Assembly (NCBI GenBank): GCA_044228405.1
Contig: JBGAUX010000001.1
Span: 21,414-85,413, forward strand
DNA length: 64,000 nt
Direction of reading: 5' to 3'
Origin: Candidatus Altimarinota bacterium
GTDB lineage: Bacteria > Patescibacteriota > Gracilibacteria > UBA1369 > JBGAUX01
Shown: positions 37,009 to 47,121 of the stretch, in pieces
Layout: each line of letters begins with the position of its first letter
Numbering within the stretch: the first letter of the stretch is position 1
Notes under the pieces: model-generated
Told to the model about the DNA's origin: nothing
The model's database searches: none
The model's input: the letters and a program-made list of their open reading frames with translations, nothing else
Made by a program: the position numbers and the translations under genes

Positions 37009-39222
37009 TTATGATGCAATTTTCTTAAGCGGAGCAATGGAAAGCGCTAATTTTTTGATGCCTACATCTGGCCTTTCAAACACAATTGTTGCTACACCAC
37101 CTCTTACACTTACTACTTTTCCACTACCAAAAGCATCATGATGCACTTTGTCTCCCTCGCTAAACAGCTCTTGAGTTGTCTCAACAGGGAGCGGTTTGTG
37201 GCCCATGCCAATTAAAGATTTAACCGCAGTGTGTTGTCTGGCACTTCTTGGTGGATGAAATTCCAACAGGTTTTCTGGAACTTCAATTAAAAATTGTGAA
37301 GGCGCATTATTTTTATTTTCTCCATATAATAAGCGTTCTTCCGCATGCAATAAATAGAGTTTTTCTTCCGCTCTGGTCATCGCTACATACATCAAGCGTC
37401 TTTCTTCTTCTAGTTCACGCGGTTCTAACAAAGTTCGCGAATGAGGGAAAATACCTTCTTCCAAACCAACCAAAAACACATATGGAAATTCAAGTCCCTT
37501 AGCCGAATGAACAGTCATAAAGGTTACACAATCAGTGGTGTTATTATGGCCGTCTATATCTGAAATCAAAGAAATTTCTTCCAAAAATATGCTTAAAGAA
37601 AGCCCAGGATCTAATTGATCATACTTAGAAGCCACAGAAATTAATTCATAAATATTCTCCAAACGCGATTCGCTTTCCACACTTCCGTCGTTAAGCAGGT
37701 CTTTATAACCACTAATTTCCAAAACATATTTAATCATTGCCGAAGCCGGTTCTTGTCGGTTTAAAGTTTGTAGCTTACGAATGATGTCGACAAACTTTTG
37801 ACAACTTTGCACTTTGTCGTGTCCAAGTTCGCTAAGCATCATGTCGCTTTGCATCGCTTCAAAAAAAGTTAAATAAGAATTTTTAGCAATTTCTTGAATA
37901 GTCGCGAGCGTTTTTGCGCCAATTTTTCTCGGAGGAGTATTAATAACTCTGTGTAAACCAACCGAGTCGGCAGGATTTTGCACAAGCCTTAAATAAGCCA
38001 AAATATCCTTGATTTCTTTGCGATCGTAAAATTTTGTACCACCAACAATTTGATATGGAATGCCATATCTTAAAAAAACTTCTTCCATCACACGCGATTG
38101 AGCGTTGGTTCTATATAAAACTACAAAATTTTTATAACTAGGATTTTCAAAACTTTTATTAATTCTCAAAATTTCCTGTGCCACATATTCGCCTTCGTGT
38201 CTTTCGTTTCGGCAAGTTACTAAGGAAACATTTTCTCCACTTTCTTTTTCGGTCCACAATTTTTTACCTTTTCTTTGTTTATTTTTAACAATAATAGCGT
38301 TGGAAGCGCTTAAAATGTTTTGCGTAGAGCGATAGTTTTGCTCCAATTTCACCACTTTTGCTTCTGGATAATCTTTTTCAAAGTCCAAAATATTTTGAAT
38401 ATTAGCTCCACGCCAGCTATAAATGCTTTGGTCTTCATCACCAATTACACAAATATTTCTATACTTTTCTGCTAACTTACTGACCAATAAATATTGAGCT
38501 TGGTTGGTATCTTGATACTCATCCACCGAAATATATCGGTATTTTTCTTGATATTTATCCAAAATTTCTGGAAATTTTTGGAAAACTTCAACTGTTTTCA
38601 TAATAATATCGTCAAAATCAAGAGCGCCGTTTTTTACAAGCTCAGCTTGGTAAATTCGGTAAATCTGTTCTACTTTTTCACCAAAATAACTGTTAACAAA
38701 ACGACTATAATGCTCGGGACCAACAAGTTGATTTTTTGCATTAGAAATATGCGCCAAAATTGCACGAGGATTAAATTGCTTCTCGTCAATTTGCATATCT
38801 TTTAGTATGCGTTTGACCAAAATTTGTTGATCAGCTGCATCATAAATTACAAAACTATTTTCATAGCCCAGTTGATGAATTTCCTTTCTCAAAATTCTCA
38901 CACAAATAGAATGGAAAGTGCCTATTGTAGGCAAATCGGGATTCTCCATGTAAGAAGGAGTAGTTGAAACCTTGCCAGTTAATAGCTTGGATATACGATT
39001 TTTCATTTCGGTGGCTGCCTTATTTGTAAAGGTTACCGCTAAAATATTCCAAGGGTTTACTCGTTTTTCTCTAATCAAATAAGCGATTCTATGTGTTAGA
39101 GCCTTAGTTTTTCCAGATCCTGCACCAGCAATAACCAAAGTTGGTCCGGTGCAAGCCAAGACAGCTTCAATTTGTTTATCGTTTAGGGATGCCAATAAGT
39201 CGTCGCTAGTCATGGTGCTCAA
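37009..39222 (-). CDS. pcrA: ATP-dependent DNA helicase PcrA/UvrD
   Basis: Walker A AGAGSGKT, motif II VDEYQDTN, and later motifs QNYRS and TVHSAKGLEF. 737 aa. Confidence 0.95.
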   Translation of the reverse strand: MSTMTSDDLLASLNDKQIEAVLACTGPTLVIAGAGSGKTKALTHRIAYLIREKRVNPWNILAVTFTNKAATEMKNRISKLLTGKVSTTPSYMENPDLPTIGTFHSICVRILRKEIHQLGYENSFVIYDAADQQILVKRILKDMQIDEKQFNPRAILAHISNAKNQLVGPEHYSRFVNSYFGEKVEQIYRIYQAELVKNGALDFDDIIMKTVEVFQKFPEILDKYQEKYRYISVDEYQDTNQAQYLLVSKLAEKYRNICVIGDEDQSIYSWRGANIQNILDFEKDYPEAKVVKLEQNYRSTQNILSASNAIIVKNKQRKGKKLWTEKESGENVSLVTCRNERHEGEYVAQEILRINKSFENPSYKNFVVLYRTNAQSRVMEEVFLRYGIPYQIVGGTKFYDRKEIKDILAYLRLVQNPADSVGLHRVINTPPRKIGAKTLATIQEIAKNSYLTFFEAMQSDMMLSELGHDKVQSCQKFVDIIRKLQTLNRQEPASAMIKYVLEISGYKDLLNDGSVESESRLENIYELISVASKYDQLDPGLSLSIFLEEISLISDIDGHNNTTDCVTFMTVHSAKGLEFPYVFLVGLEEGIFPHSRTLLEPRELEEERRLMYVAMTRAEEKLYLLHAEERLLYGENKNNAPSQFLIEVPENLLEFHPPRSARQHTAVKSLIGMGHKPLPVETTQELFSEGDKVHHDAFGSGKVVSVRGGVATIVFERPDVGIKKLALSIAPLKKIAS

Positions 39223-39275
39223 ATATTTAGAGAGCCAACACTATAACAAACCAACTCATATATTCCAATTGACGA

Positions 39276-40334
39276 TTAGTTGTGAATGTACACCTTGTCA
39301 CCTACTGACATAAAGTTGAACACAAATTCCGCGCTATCATTACGGATACATCCATGGCTAACTCTTCTACCAATATGGTTTTGAGCTTCTGTCCACAGGG
39401 CATCACCATAGTAAAGTGATTCAGGAACTTCTTCTCCACTAGCAAGTAAACTTCTAATTTTAGCTCTTAAAGCACCATTGCCCACACTAGGCAAATCGTG
39501 GATGCCATAGCCTAAAAAGCTACCATTCTCTTTTTTAAGTCTCAAAAAATACGGCATAATATAGTGAGGAGCTTTTCCGCCAATACGCACTTTATCTTTG
39601 CCATCAACTACCAAAGTTCCAAATGGAGTTGGTGTTTCGTATGCTCCACTACTAATTAAAATTTCTTTTACAATCACACCATCAATCATAGCTAGCATGC
39701 GTTGGTCAGAAATGTCTACATCCATAGATCTTACGCCACTTAAATTAATTTTACTGGCTCCACCTGCATAATATAAGTATTCCTTTTTCTCTTTAATTAC
39801 ATCGCTTACATCACTTAAATTTCCAATTTGAAAATCAACATAAACCATAGAGGTGTCCATCCAGGTAACCCCATCCACTACAGGTGAAAAATATTCTCTG
39901 TAAAAATCTCCTTCATTGGGTGCCAACAATTCAAACTCAAAGCTAGCAAGCTCACCCGGGTTAACCCTTTTCTCTTTCATATGTATTCTGTTTGTAGAAT
40001 ACCAGCCAGAATCTTGTACAGGATTGTAAAAAGCACTTTCTCTATCTTTTTGACGATCAGTTCCAAGCCAAGTTGAATTCACACCTTCACACGAGCTGTC
40101 GTCCGAAAACCAGGGGAAATTGCCTTCATTTTTCAATACCACACTAACTTTTAGTGTTTCTCCAGCATCAGCATATTTTTTGTTTCTCACATCGACAATC
40201 GAAGATTTATATTCAATTTGGCCCACTTGAGGCACTTCACAGTCGCTACTATTAGCGCTTTGCGCAAAGGTGACCGTAGTTGATAATGCTAGTGTTGCGA
40301 TAAATAACACAACTTTTGATATTTTTTGAAACAT
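39276..40334 (-). CDS. L,D-transpeptidase (YkuD domain) with N-terminal beta-rich domain
   Basis: Signal peptide after ATG at 40334 (MFQKISKVVLFIATLALSTTVTFA). Catalytic motifs GYGIHDLP and SHGCIRN. Confidence 0.8.
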   Translation of the reverse strand: MFQKISKVVLFIATLALSTTVTFAQSANSSDCEVPQVGQIEYKSSIVDVRNKKYADAGETLKVSVVLKNEGNFPWFSDDSSCEGVNSTWLGTDRQKDRESAFYNPVQDSGWYSTNRIHMKEKRVNPGELASFEFELLAPNEGDFYREYFSPVVDGVTWMDTSMVYVDFQIGNLSDVSDVIKEKKEYLYYAGGASKINLSGVRSMDVDISDQRMLAMIDGVIVKEILISSGAYETPTPFGTLVVDGKDKVRIGGKAPHYIMPYFLRLKKENGSFLGYGIHDLPSVGNGALRAKIRSLLASGEEVPESLYYGDALWTEAQNHIGRRVSHGCIRNDSAEFVFNFMSVGDKVYIHN

Positions 40335-40419
40335 AATGCTTGAGAAAGAAATTAAATCATTCCAAGTATTATAAAACAAAAATGACAAATAGTCAAACTA
40401 TTGCATAATTAATAGGGGT

Positions 40420-40869
40420 CTAAGAGCCCAGTATCTTTTTTACTTCCCTTTCAAAAGTCTCCAAATCTTTAAATCTTCTATATACAGAGGCAAAGCGTAT
40501 ATAGGCAACTTCATCAATCAATTTTAGTTTTTCCATAATTCCCTCACCAATAGTTTTTGAAGGAATCTCTTTACCTAACTGAACCCATTCTTGCTCTAAT
40601 TCATCCAATAATTTTTTAACTTGTTCTTGAGTCACTGTCCGTTTTTCACAAGCTCTCCAAATGCCAGCTTCAAGTTTATCTCTGTTATAAGGCTCTCTAG
40701 AGTTATCTTTTTTGATAATAATAAAGTTTGTCACCTCAACTCTTTCAAAAGTAGTAAAACGATTTTTACAAGTCTCACACTCTCTTCTTCTACGAATAGC
40801 ACGTCTTTCATCAGTTTCTCGTGAATCCAAAACTCTAGTATCGGGATGTTTACATTGCGGACAAATCAT
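40420..40869 (-). CDS. nrdR: Transcriptional repressor NrdR
   Basis: Zinc ribbon MICPQCKHPDTRVLDSR...CETCKNRFTTFE followed by an ATP-cone. 149 aa. Confidence 0.95.
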   Translation of the reverse strand: MICPQCKHPDTRVLDSRETDERRAIRRRRECETCKNRFTTFERVEVTNFIIIKKDNSREPYNRDKLEAGIWRACEKRTVTQEQVKKLLDELEQEWVQLGKEIPSKTIGEGIMEKLKLIDEVAYIRFASVYRRFKDLETFEREVKKILGS

Positions 40870-40894
40870 ACAAAAAATTAGTTACTTACTTTTA

Positions 40895-42037
40895 TCATAG
40901 CTTTTCTAAACTCTCAAATGCTTGTCTAAAAAAGCCGTCTGTCATACCTGCTAAATAATCTTTAACCACCACTTCTTTTCTTTCGCCGGCATCAATATTT
41001 GAACGATATTTGGCAGGCAATTTATCTGAGTTATTTAAATAGTAATCAAAAACACTCTTCATGATTTTTGATGCTTCTTCAAATTGTTTAGACACAGTGT
41101 GGCTCATGTAAAAATTCTCGTAAAGAAATTTTCTTAATTCCGCCAATTCAATAGCCATTTTAGCTGAAAATTCAACGATATAACCATCATAATCTCTCAC
41201 GTCTTGAACGGTTTTAATTTTATTCTTCGCTATGTTTTTAGTTGTTTGATCCGCTACATCTTGAATCAGTAAGCCTAGTAAGGCACTAACGGAGCGAAGC
41301 TTTAAAATTCCGCTATTGGTAATTTTGCCGTGTGTAAATTCGGTTTTAGCCAGTGCTTTTTGCCATAAGGCAATATTTTTCATATCAGCTAGTTTGATAA
41401 TGCCAGAGCGAAGGCCGTCATCAATGTCGTGGCAAGTATAGGCAATTTCATCTGCCAAATTAACAACTTGAGCCTCCAAATGTGCCGATTTTGCGAAAGT
41501 CATTTTAGGCTGATCCCACGGCGTGTGGTGCTTAATCAAGCCATCAATCACCTCTATAGTTAAGTTCAAGCCGTCAAATTCCGGATACACTTTTTCCAGT
41601 TTTTCCACCACACGCCTACTTTGGTCGTTGTGCTCAAAGTGCAAACCGAATCCTTTCATAATCTGATGCAAAACATCTTGACCGGCATGCGCAAAGGGTG
41701 GATGTCCCAAATCATGCGCCAAAGCAATGGCTTCCGAAAGATCTTCATTTAAACCTAGCCAACGGCTAATATCTCTGCTCACTTGCGCAACTTCCAAGCT
41801 GTGCGAAAGGCGAGTTCTATAGTGATCGCCCGATCCGGCTACAAAAACCTGAGTTTTTTCATTGAGCCTTCTAAAGGCCTTACAATGAATAATGCGGTCT
41901 CTATCTTTTTGAAAAGGTAGCCGGTCGTCACCAGATTTTTCTTCATAAACTCTGCCGCTGCTATCAAAAGAGGCCATGGCGTAGCTCGCCAAGGATATTT
42001 TTTCTTTCTGTAAAAGCTCAGACATGTTTACTTTCAT
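40895..42037 (-). CDS. dgt: dGTPase-like deoxynucleoside triphosphate triphosphohydrolase (HD domain)
   Basis: Motifs PFQKDRDRIIHCKAFRRL, RLSHSLEVAQV and AHDLGHPPFAH. Confidence 0.9.
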   Translation of the reverse strand: MKVNMSELLQKEKISLASYAMASFDSSGRVYEEKSGDDRLPFQKDRDRIIHCKAFRRLNEKTQVFVAGSGDHYRTRLSHSLEVAQVSRDISRWLGLNEDLSEAIALAHDLGHPPFAHAGQDVLHQIMKGFGLHFEHNDQSRRVVEKLEKVYPEFDGLNLTIEVIDGLIKHHTPWDQPKMTFAKSAHLEAQVVNLADEIAYTCHDIDDGLRSGIIKLADMKNIALWQKALAKTEFTHGKITNSGILKLRSVSALLGLLIQDVADQTTKNIAKNKIKTVQDVRDYDGYIVEFSAKMAIELAELRKFLYENFYMSHTVSKQFEEASKIMKSVFDYYLNNSDKLPAKYRSNIDAGERKEVVVKDYLAGMTDGFFRQAFESLEKL

Positions 42038-42090
42038 GCACCTACTCTAGTGCATTTATGGGCTTTTATTCAAGCGAATTGAAATGCAAT

Positions 42091-42119
42091 TTGCCTTTTA
42101 AATCAACCTGTGATACAAT
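42091..42119 (+). promoter_or_regulatory. Candidate extended -10 promoter TTGCCT-17-(TGA)TACAAT
   Basis: Hexamers at 42091-42096 and 42114-42119, with TGN immediately upstream of the -10. It lies about 50 nt before the 42172 ORF. Confidence 0.35.
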
Positions 42120-42171
42120 AACATGATGCCATTACCGAATCTAAATTCTAAATAACTTACAAATTACCTAT

Positions 42172-42477
42172 ATGGAGGCTTTAAACAAAAACCAACAAGT
42201 TTCGCCACAGGAAACCAATAACGGTCCTTCGGAATCAACTCGCTTGGCTGTGGCAAACACATTTGAGCACTTTAGTAGTCAACCCCTTTTTAAAGATCTG
42301 CAAACCCTGAGCATGCAAGCCAACCCCACACCCCAAGATATTAAGGCTGTAAGTGCCGGTCTGCTTAGATTAAAGGGTGAGGCGCAAGTGGCCGGCAATG
42401 ATGTTGCCACCAATTACTTTGATCAGTATTTGAAGTCTTTGCAAAACGACTATCCACAAGCCTTTTTGGAGGCATAA
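42172..42477 (+). CDS. Hypothetical 101-aa protein
   Basis: ORF with a plausible upstream promoter. No recognisable motif, signal peptide or TM helix. Confidence 0.5.
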   Translation: MEALNKNQQVSPQETNNGPSESTRLAVANTFEHFSSQPLFKDLQTLSMQANPTPQDIKAVSAGLLRLKGEAQVAGNDVATNYFDQYLKSLQNDYPQAFLEA

Positions 42478-42515
42478 AGATTCACATAAGCTCTAGAATT
42501 TGCTAGACTCTTAGT

Positions 42516-43436
42516 ATGAAATTACAAGATCATATTAAGAAGTTTTTGGAATATGCCGAAGTTGGCAAAAATCAATCCAAAAAAACTTTGGAAAATTACT
42601 CTCACTACTTAAAACGCTTTAACAATTGGGCCGGAAACATTTCCGTTAAACAAATAACTCTCCAAACAGTTCAGGATTTTCGCCTATATCTCAATCGACT
42701 CAGCGACAAAAAAGGTAAACATCTAGGAATAAAAACTCAAAACTATCACATCATAGCTTTGCGTGCTTTTCTTAAATACTTAATAAAAAACGATGTAGAA
42801 ACGCTGGCACCAGAAAAAATTGATTTAGCAAAATTACCAGAAAGATCGGTGGAATTTCTTTCGCGTGAAGAGCTAGACCGGCTTTTAAAGCCAGCAAAAG
42901 CCTCGAGCAAGTCACCTCAAATACAAATTTTAAGAGATTTGGCAATTTTAGAAACGCTTTATTCAACCGGTTTACGAGTTAGTGAGCTGATTTCTTTAAA
43001 CCGAGATCAGGTGGATTTGGTGCGTAAAGAGTTTATGGTTAGAGGAAAAGGCGGCAAAAATCGCATAGTGTTTTTATCAAATACAGCAGTGGAAAAAATC
43101 AAAACATATCTCGCTTTTAGACAAGACAACTTCGCCCCGCTTTTTATAAGTCATGGCCGAAATGTGTCTAAAGACATCACAAAAGGCGAAAAAAGACGAC
43201 TAAGCAGGGTGACAATAGAAAATGTTGTGCGTATTCATGCGCGCCAAGCTGGAATTATCAAAAAGGTAACGCCTCACACATTGAGGCACTCTTTTGCTAC
43301 AGAAATGCTAATTAATGGTGCGGATATTCGCTCTGTGCAAGAGATGTTGGGGCACGCGTCCATTACTACTACACAAATTTACACTCATATCACCAATAAA
43401 AAGCTGCGCGAAATCCACGAAAAATACCACAGATAA
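42516..43436 (+). CDS. xerC: Tyrosine recombinase XerC/XerD
   Basis: N-terminal SAM-like domain. Catalytic region: TGLRVSEL...HTLRHSFATEMLINGADIRSVQEMLGHASITTTQIYTH. Confidence 0.9.
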   Translation: MKLQDHIKKFLEYAEVGKNQSKKTLENYSHYLKRFNNWAGNISVKQITLQTVQDFRLYLNRLSDKKGKHLGIKTQNYHIIALRAFLKYLIKNDVETLAPEKIDLAKLPERSVEFLSREELDRLLKPAKASSKSPQIQILRDLAILETLYSTGLRVSELISLNRDQVDLVRKEFMVRGKGGKNRIVFLSNTAVEKIKTYLAFRQDNFAPLFISHGRNVSKDITKGEKRRLSRVTIENVVRIHARQAGIIKKVTPHTLRHSFATEMLINGADIRSVQEMLGHASITTTQIYTHITNKKLREIHEKYHR

Positions 43437-43493
43437 ACTTTTTTATTGCTATTCTGCCAATGTATTTTAAACTGAAATAAATATCATCACATT

Positions 43494-44171
43494 ATGTTAA
43501 AGTTCCAAACCGTCCATAAAGCTTTCGGCAAAAATAAGGTTCTAAAAGGAATTGATATTGAAATTGAAGGTGGTGAATTTGTTTCATTTATTGGTCCTTC
43601 TGGTGTTGGTAAATCAACAATTATACATTTATTGCTTGGTGCAGACACAGTTGATAGTGGCGAAATTTGGGTTGATCAGTATCAAATTAGCAAATTGAAA
43701 TCTGTTGAACTTCAAAATTACCGTCGTAAAATTGGTGTGATTTTTCAAGATTACAAACTTTTACCGAGTAAAACGGTTCATGAAAATGTGGCTTATGCAC
43801 TGGAAGTTACAGGGTACGACGACAATTATATAAGTGAAAAAGTTGGCGACGCCCTGACTTTGGTGGGTTTAAAGCGAAAGGCAAATGCTATGCCACATAC
43901 GCTTTCCGGTGGAGAAAAACAGCGAACAGCATTAGCCAGAGCCATTATACACAAGCCAAGGCTGATTTTGGCAGATGAGCCTACCGGCAACTTAGACCCC
44001 AAAGGTACAGACGATTTGATAGATCTGCTTTTAAAAATCAACAAATCAGGCACAACTATTGTGCTTGCAACCCACAACGATCGCATTGTAGATAAAATAA
44101 AAAAGAGAGTTATACATTTAGAAGATGGAAAAGTTGTGAGCGATAAGGCACAAGCAGGTTACTACAATTAA
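43494..44171 (+). CDS. ftsE: Cell-division ABC ATPase FtsE
   Basis: Walker A GPSGVGKST, signature LSGGEKQR, Walker B LILADEPTGNLD. Length (225 aa) and overall pattern fit FtsE. Confidence 0.85.
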   Translation: MLKFQTVHKAFGKNKVLKGIDIEIEGGEFVSFIGPSGVGKSTIIHLLLGADTVDSGEIWVDQYQISKLKSVELQNYRRKIGVIFQDYKLLPSKTVHENVAYALEVTGYDDNYISEKVGDALTLVGLKRKANAMPHTLSGGEKQRTALARAIIHKPRLILADEPTGNLDPKGTDDLIDLLLKINKSGTTIVLATHNDRIVDKIKKRVIHLEDGKVVSDKAQAGYYN

Positions 44172-44249
44172 ATTTAGTTTTAGTTTAGATTTTTTTAATG
44201 ACTAGTCGATAAGGTTATCGGGCTAATCATTTTTTATGTAAGATATTTT

Positions 44250-45335
44250 ATGTCAGATATTTTTGCACACGCCTGGAGTTTGCTTTTGGGCGAGAGATAC
44301 GGAATTTTTGCTCGCTTATTTATTCATTTCGGCAATTTTAAAAACGCTTGGGATAATTTTGAATCCGAAGGTTATCATAATTTGAGCATGACACCGGAAA
44401 ACTTTTACTATATCAAAAGTGTGAAGGAAAATGTCAATCCGGCAGATGAATATCAAGCTTTGACTAATCAAAAAATAAACTTTTTACACATCAACGATTC
44501 CGACTACCCAAAGCTTTTAAAGCATATACCACAGCCACCTTTAGTACTTTATTATAAGGGAAACCTGGAGCCTTTAAATAAAGTTTGTATAGGCGTGGTT
44601 GGCACGCGCAAAAACACGGCTTACGGCGAAAATTGCACTCGAAAAATAGTAAAAGAATTGGTAGAGCAAGATGTGGTGATTGTGAGTGGATTTGCTCGTG
44701 GTATAGATTCGCTCGCTCATCAATTTACACTTGATGATGGGGGGTTAACTGTTGCCGTGATGGCGCAGGGGCTTGCCACTTTGTATCCAAGTGGTAATCG
44801 CTATTTAGCAGACAAAATAATTGATACGGGCGGACTGCTTTTAACTGAATTTTCACCCAAAGTTCACTGTCAAAAACATTTCTTTTTAAGGCGTAACCGT
44901 ATTATTAGCGGTTTAAGTAGGGGTGTTTGCGTGGTGGAATGCCCCGACAAATCGGGAGCAATCAATACGGCTCAACATGCGTTTGATCAAAATAGGAATG
45001 TTTATGTAGTGCCAGGCGACATTTATAGAGAAAACTCTGAAGGACCACTCAGGCTGATGCAAAATGATAAAGCATATCCGGTTAAAGACGCAATCAGCAT
45101 GTTGGTAGACTTGAATTTGCCAGTGCGCGATCAGGCCAGTTTGGTAAAGAGTAACCTTTCAGCAGAAGAAAAGAGAGTGCTTAAAATGATAGATTACGGC
45201 CACCACACTTCGCTTCAAGAAATTTATGATAAAACCAAAACACCTTTTAATTTGCTAAACAGTATTTTAATTAAACTTGAATTTGATGGGCAAATAGTCA
45301 AAAACGCCCGAGGGTACTTAAGGGTGCTAAGCTAG
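44250..45335 (+). CDS. dprA: DNA-processing protein DprA
   Basis: Rossmann-like core (IGVVGTRKNTAYG, VSGFARGIDSLAHQ, VVECPDKSGA) and a C-terminal winged-helix region. Confidence 0.9.
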   Translation: MSDIFAHAWSLLLGERYGIFARLFIHFGNFKNAWDNFESEGYHNLSMTPENFYYIKSVKENVNPADEYQALTNQKINFLHINDSDYPKLLKHIPQPPLVLYYKGNLEPLNKVCIGVVGTRKNTAYGENCTRKIVKELVEQDVVIVSGFARGIDSLAHQFTLDDGGLTVAVMAQGLATLYPSGNRYLADKIIDTGGLLLTEFSPKVHCQKHFFLRRNRIISGLSRGVCVVECPDKSGAINTAQHAFDQNRNVYVVPGDIYRENSEGPLRLMQNDKAYPVKDAISMLVDLNLPVRDQASLVKSNLSAEEKRVLKMIDYGHHTSLQEIYDKTKTPFNLLNSILIKLEFDGQIVKNARGYLRVLS

Positions 45336-45344
45336 AATAAGGTG

Positions 45345-47075
45345 CTAATTTAGAATATTGGTAGCACGATACACTTCTTCCAGGGTTGTAATGCCATTTA
45401 AAACTTTAATAATGCCATCCTCTCGAATAGTCAACATGCCCTTTCTTCTAGCCGAAGTGATAATGTCTACAGTACTTTGTTTGTTCAAAATCATGTCGCG
45501 AATTTCAAAGTCCACAAGCAAAATTTCCGCTACAACTACGCGACCTTTATACCCAGTGTGACTACATTTTTCACAGCCCTTGATAACAGGCAATTCCGCT
45601 GGAATAGTCATATTAAAGCCTTTTTTCACCACTTTAATAGACTCAATAAACTTTTGTATATCTTCCTGGTTTGAAACCGGCACAGGCCCCATTTCATGAC
45701 AATCCGCACAAATTCTCCTTACCAACCTTTGTGCAATTACAGCACTCAATGAAGGAGCGATCATAAAATTCGGTAGTCCCATGTTCACAAGACGGGGAAT
45801 ACTTTCAATTGCACTATTGGTATGCAAGGTGCTTAGCAAAATGTGACCCGTTAAAGACGCCTGAGCCGCAGTTTCGGCAGTTTCCAGGTCTCTAATCTCA
45901 CCTAGCATAATTGAGTCGGGATCCTGCCTTAAAATCGCTCTCAGCCCACTTGCAAAAGTAAACTCTCTTTTTTCATTAATCTGACTTTGCGAAACCCCGG
46001 CAATATTATATTCAATAGGGTCTTCAAGCGTAATAATCTTAGATTCCTCACTAATCATAGCCTGAAGCATCGCGTATAAAGTTGTTGTTTTACCCGATCC
46101 CGTTGGTCCAGTAACCAAAATCATCCCATTGCTTAACTTAATAAGCTTTTTAATTGTTTTAGTATATTCCTCATCAAACCCAAGATCTTCAAAAGTCACA
46201 AACTGAATTTTGCTGTCTAGGTATCGACAAACAAAGGACTCTCCAAATTGAGTTGGCAATGTAGACACACGAACATCAATTTGTCTGTCATTTAAATTAA
46301 AGCCATATCTGCCATCCTGAGGCACATTATTGATGTTCAATTTCATCTTACATTTGTATTTGATTTGATTAGCAATGTTAAAGAAAACATCATTTTTAAC
46401 CTCAAAAACCTTATGCAAAATACCGTCAATTCTAAAGCGGACACTTGTAGTTTCTTTACCATATTCATAATGCACATCCGAAGCGCCAGTTTTTACAGCA
46501 CTTACATCTAATAGGTTTAAAGCCTCTTCAGAGCTCACTTCGTTAATTCTAGTTTTAACATCTTTTAAAGCCTCAATTTCCTTTTCGTATGAAGCTAATT
46601 TGCTTTCATCATAGGCTTTCACAATATCCGGATCTTCGCGCTTTGGTTGCTTTGCATAAATCTCCAAAGCCTCACGCATTCCCGCTGTGGAGGCAATGTG
46701 TAGCGAAACCTCTAGACCCTTTTTTTGCAATGATTCAATAACTTTTTTAGTAGTCTCGTTATTTGGATCTGCAACAGCCAAGCGTATTTTTTTGCCAACT
46801 TTGAAAAATGGTAAGGCCAAGGCGCTGTGTGCATCTTCGCTGTCTACCAACTTCAAAAGATCAACATTAACCGGAGTTTGGCTAATATACACATAGGGAA
46901 GCGACAGTTCCTGCGCCCTTTCTATAGCCGCTTTTTCTTCAAATTGACGATTAATTTCGTCTACAGCTGGGTTTAGCTCTATCTTTTCAGCGTTAGCCAT
47001 GTCGTTTGTGGCTTGTACTGGGTCAATAGACTGATTGTCGTCGTTTGTTGGCATGTCTAGATATAAATCTAGCAA
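45345..47075 (-). CDS. pilB: Type IV pilus / type II secretion assembly ATPase (PilB/GspE family)
   Basis: N-terminal GSPII_E_N-like domain, Walker A GPTGSGKTTT, Asp and His boxes, and a tetra-Cys region (CADC...CEKC). Confidence 0.9.
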   Translation of the reverse strand: MLDLYLDMPTNDDNQSIDPVQATNDMANAEKIELNPAVDEINRQFEEKAAIERAQELSLPYVYISQTPVNVDLLKLVDSEDAHSALALPFFKVGKKIRLAVADPNNETTKKVIESLQKKGLEVSLHIASTAGMREALEIYAKQPKREDPDIVKAYDESKLASYEKEIEALKDVKTRINEVSSEEALNLLDVSAVKTGASDVHYEYGKETTSVRFRIDGILHKVFEVKNDVFFNIANQIKYKCKMKLNINNVPQDGRYGFNLNDRQIDVRVSTLPTQFGESFVCRYLDSKIQFVTFEDLGFDEEYTKTIKKLIKLSNGMILVTGPTGSGKTTTLYAMLQAMISEESKIITLEDPIEYNIAGVSQSQINEKREFTFASGLRAILRQDPDSIMLGEIRDLETAETAAQASLTGHILLSTLHTNSAIESIPRLVNMGLPNFMIAPSLSAVIAQRLVRRICADCHEMGPVPVSNQEDIQKFIESIKVVKKGFNMTIPAELPVIKGCEKCSHTGYKGRVVVAEILLVDFEIRDMILNKQSTVDIITSARRKGMLTIREDGIIKVLNGITTLEEVYRATNILN

Positions 47076-47121
47076 TTATACCACAAAACGGCTTAAAAAA
47101 GAAGAGGAATGGGTGTAAACC

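Noticed and set aside
44195-44225. Small palindrome CGATAAGGTTATCG after ftsE as a terminator
   Set aside because: The stem would enclose a 2-nt loop, which is sterically implausible, and the stem is AT-rich. This is not convincing as an intrinsic terminator.
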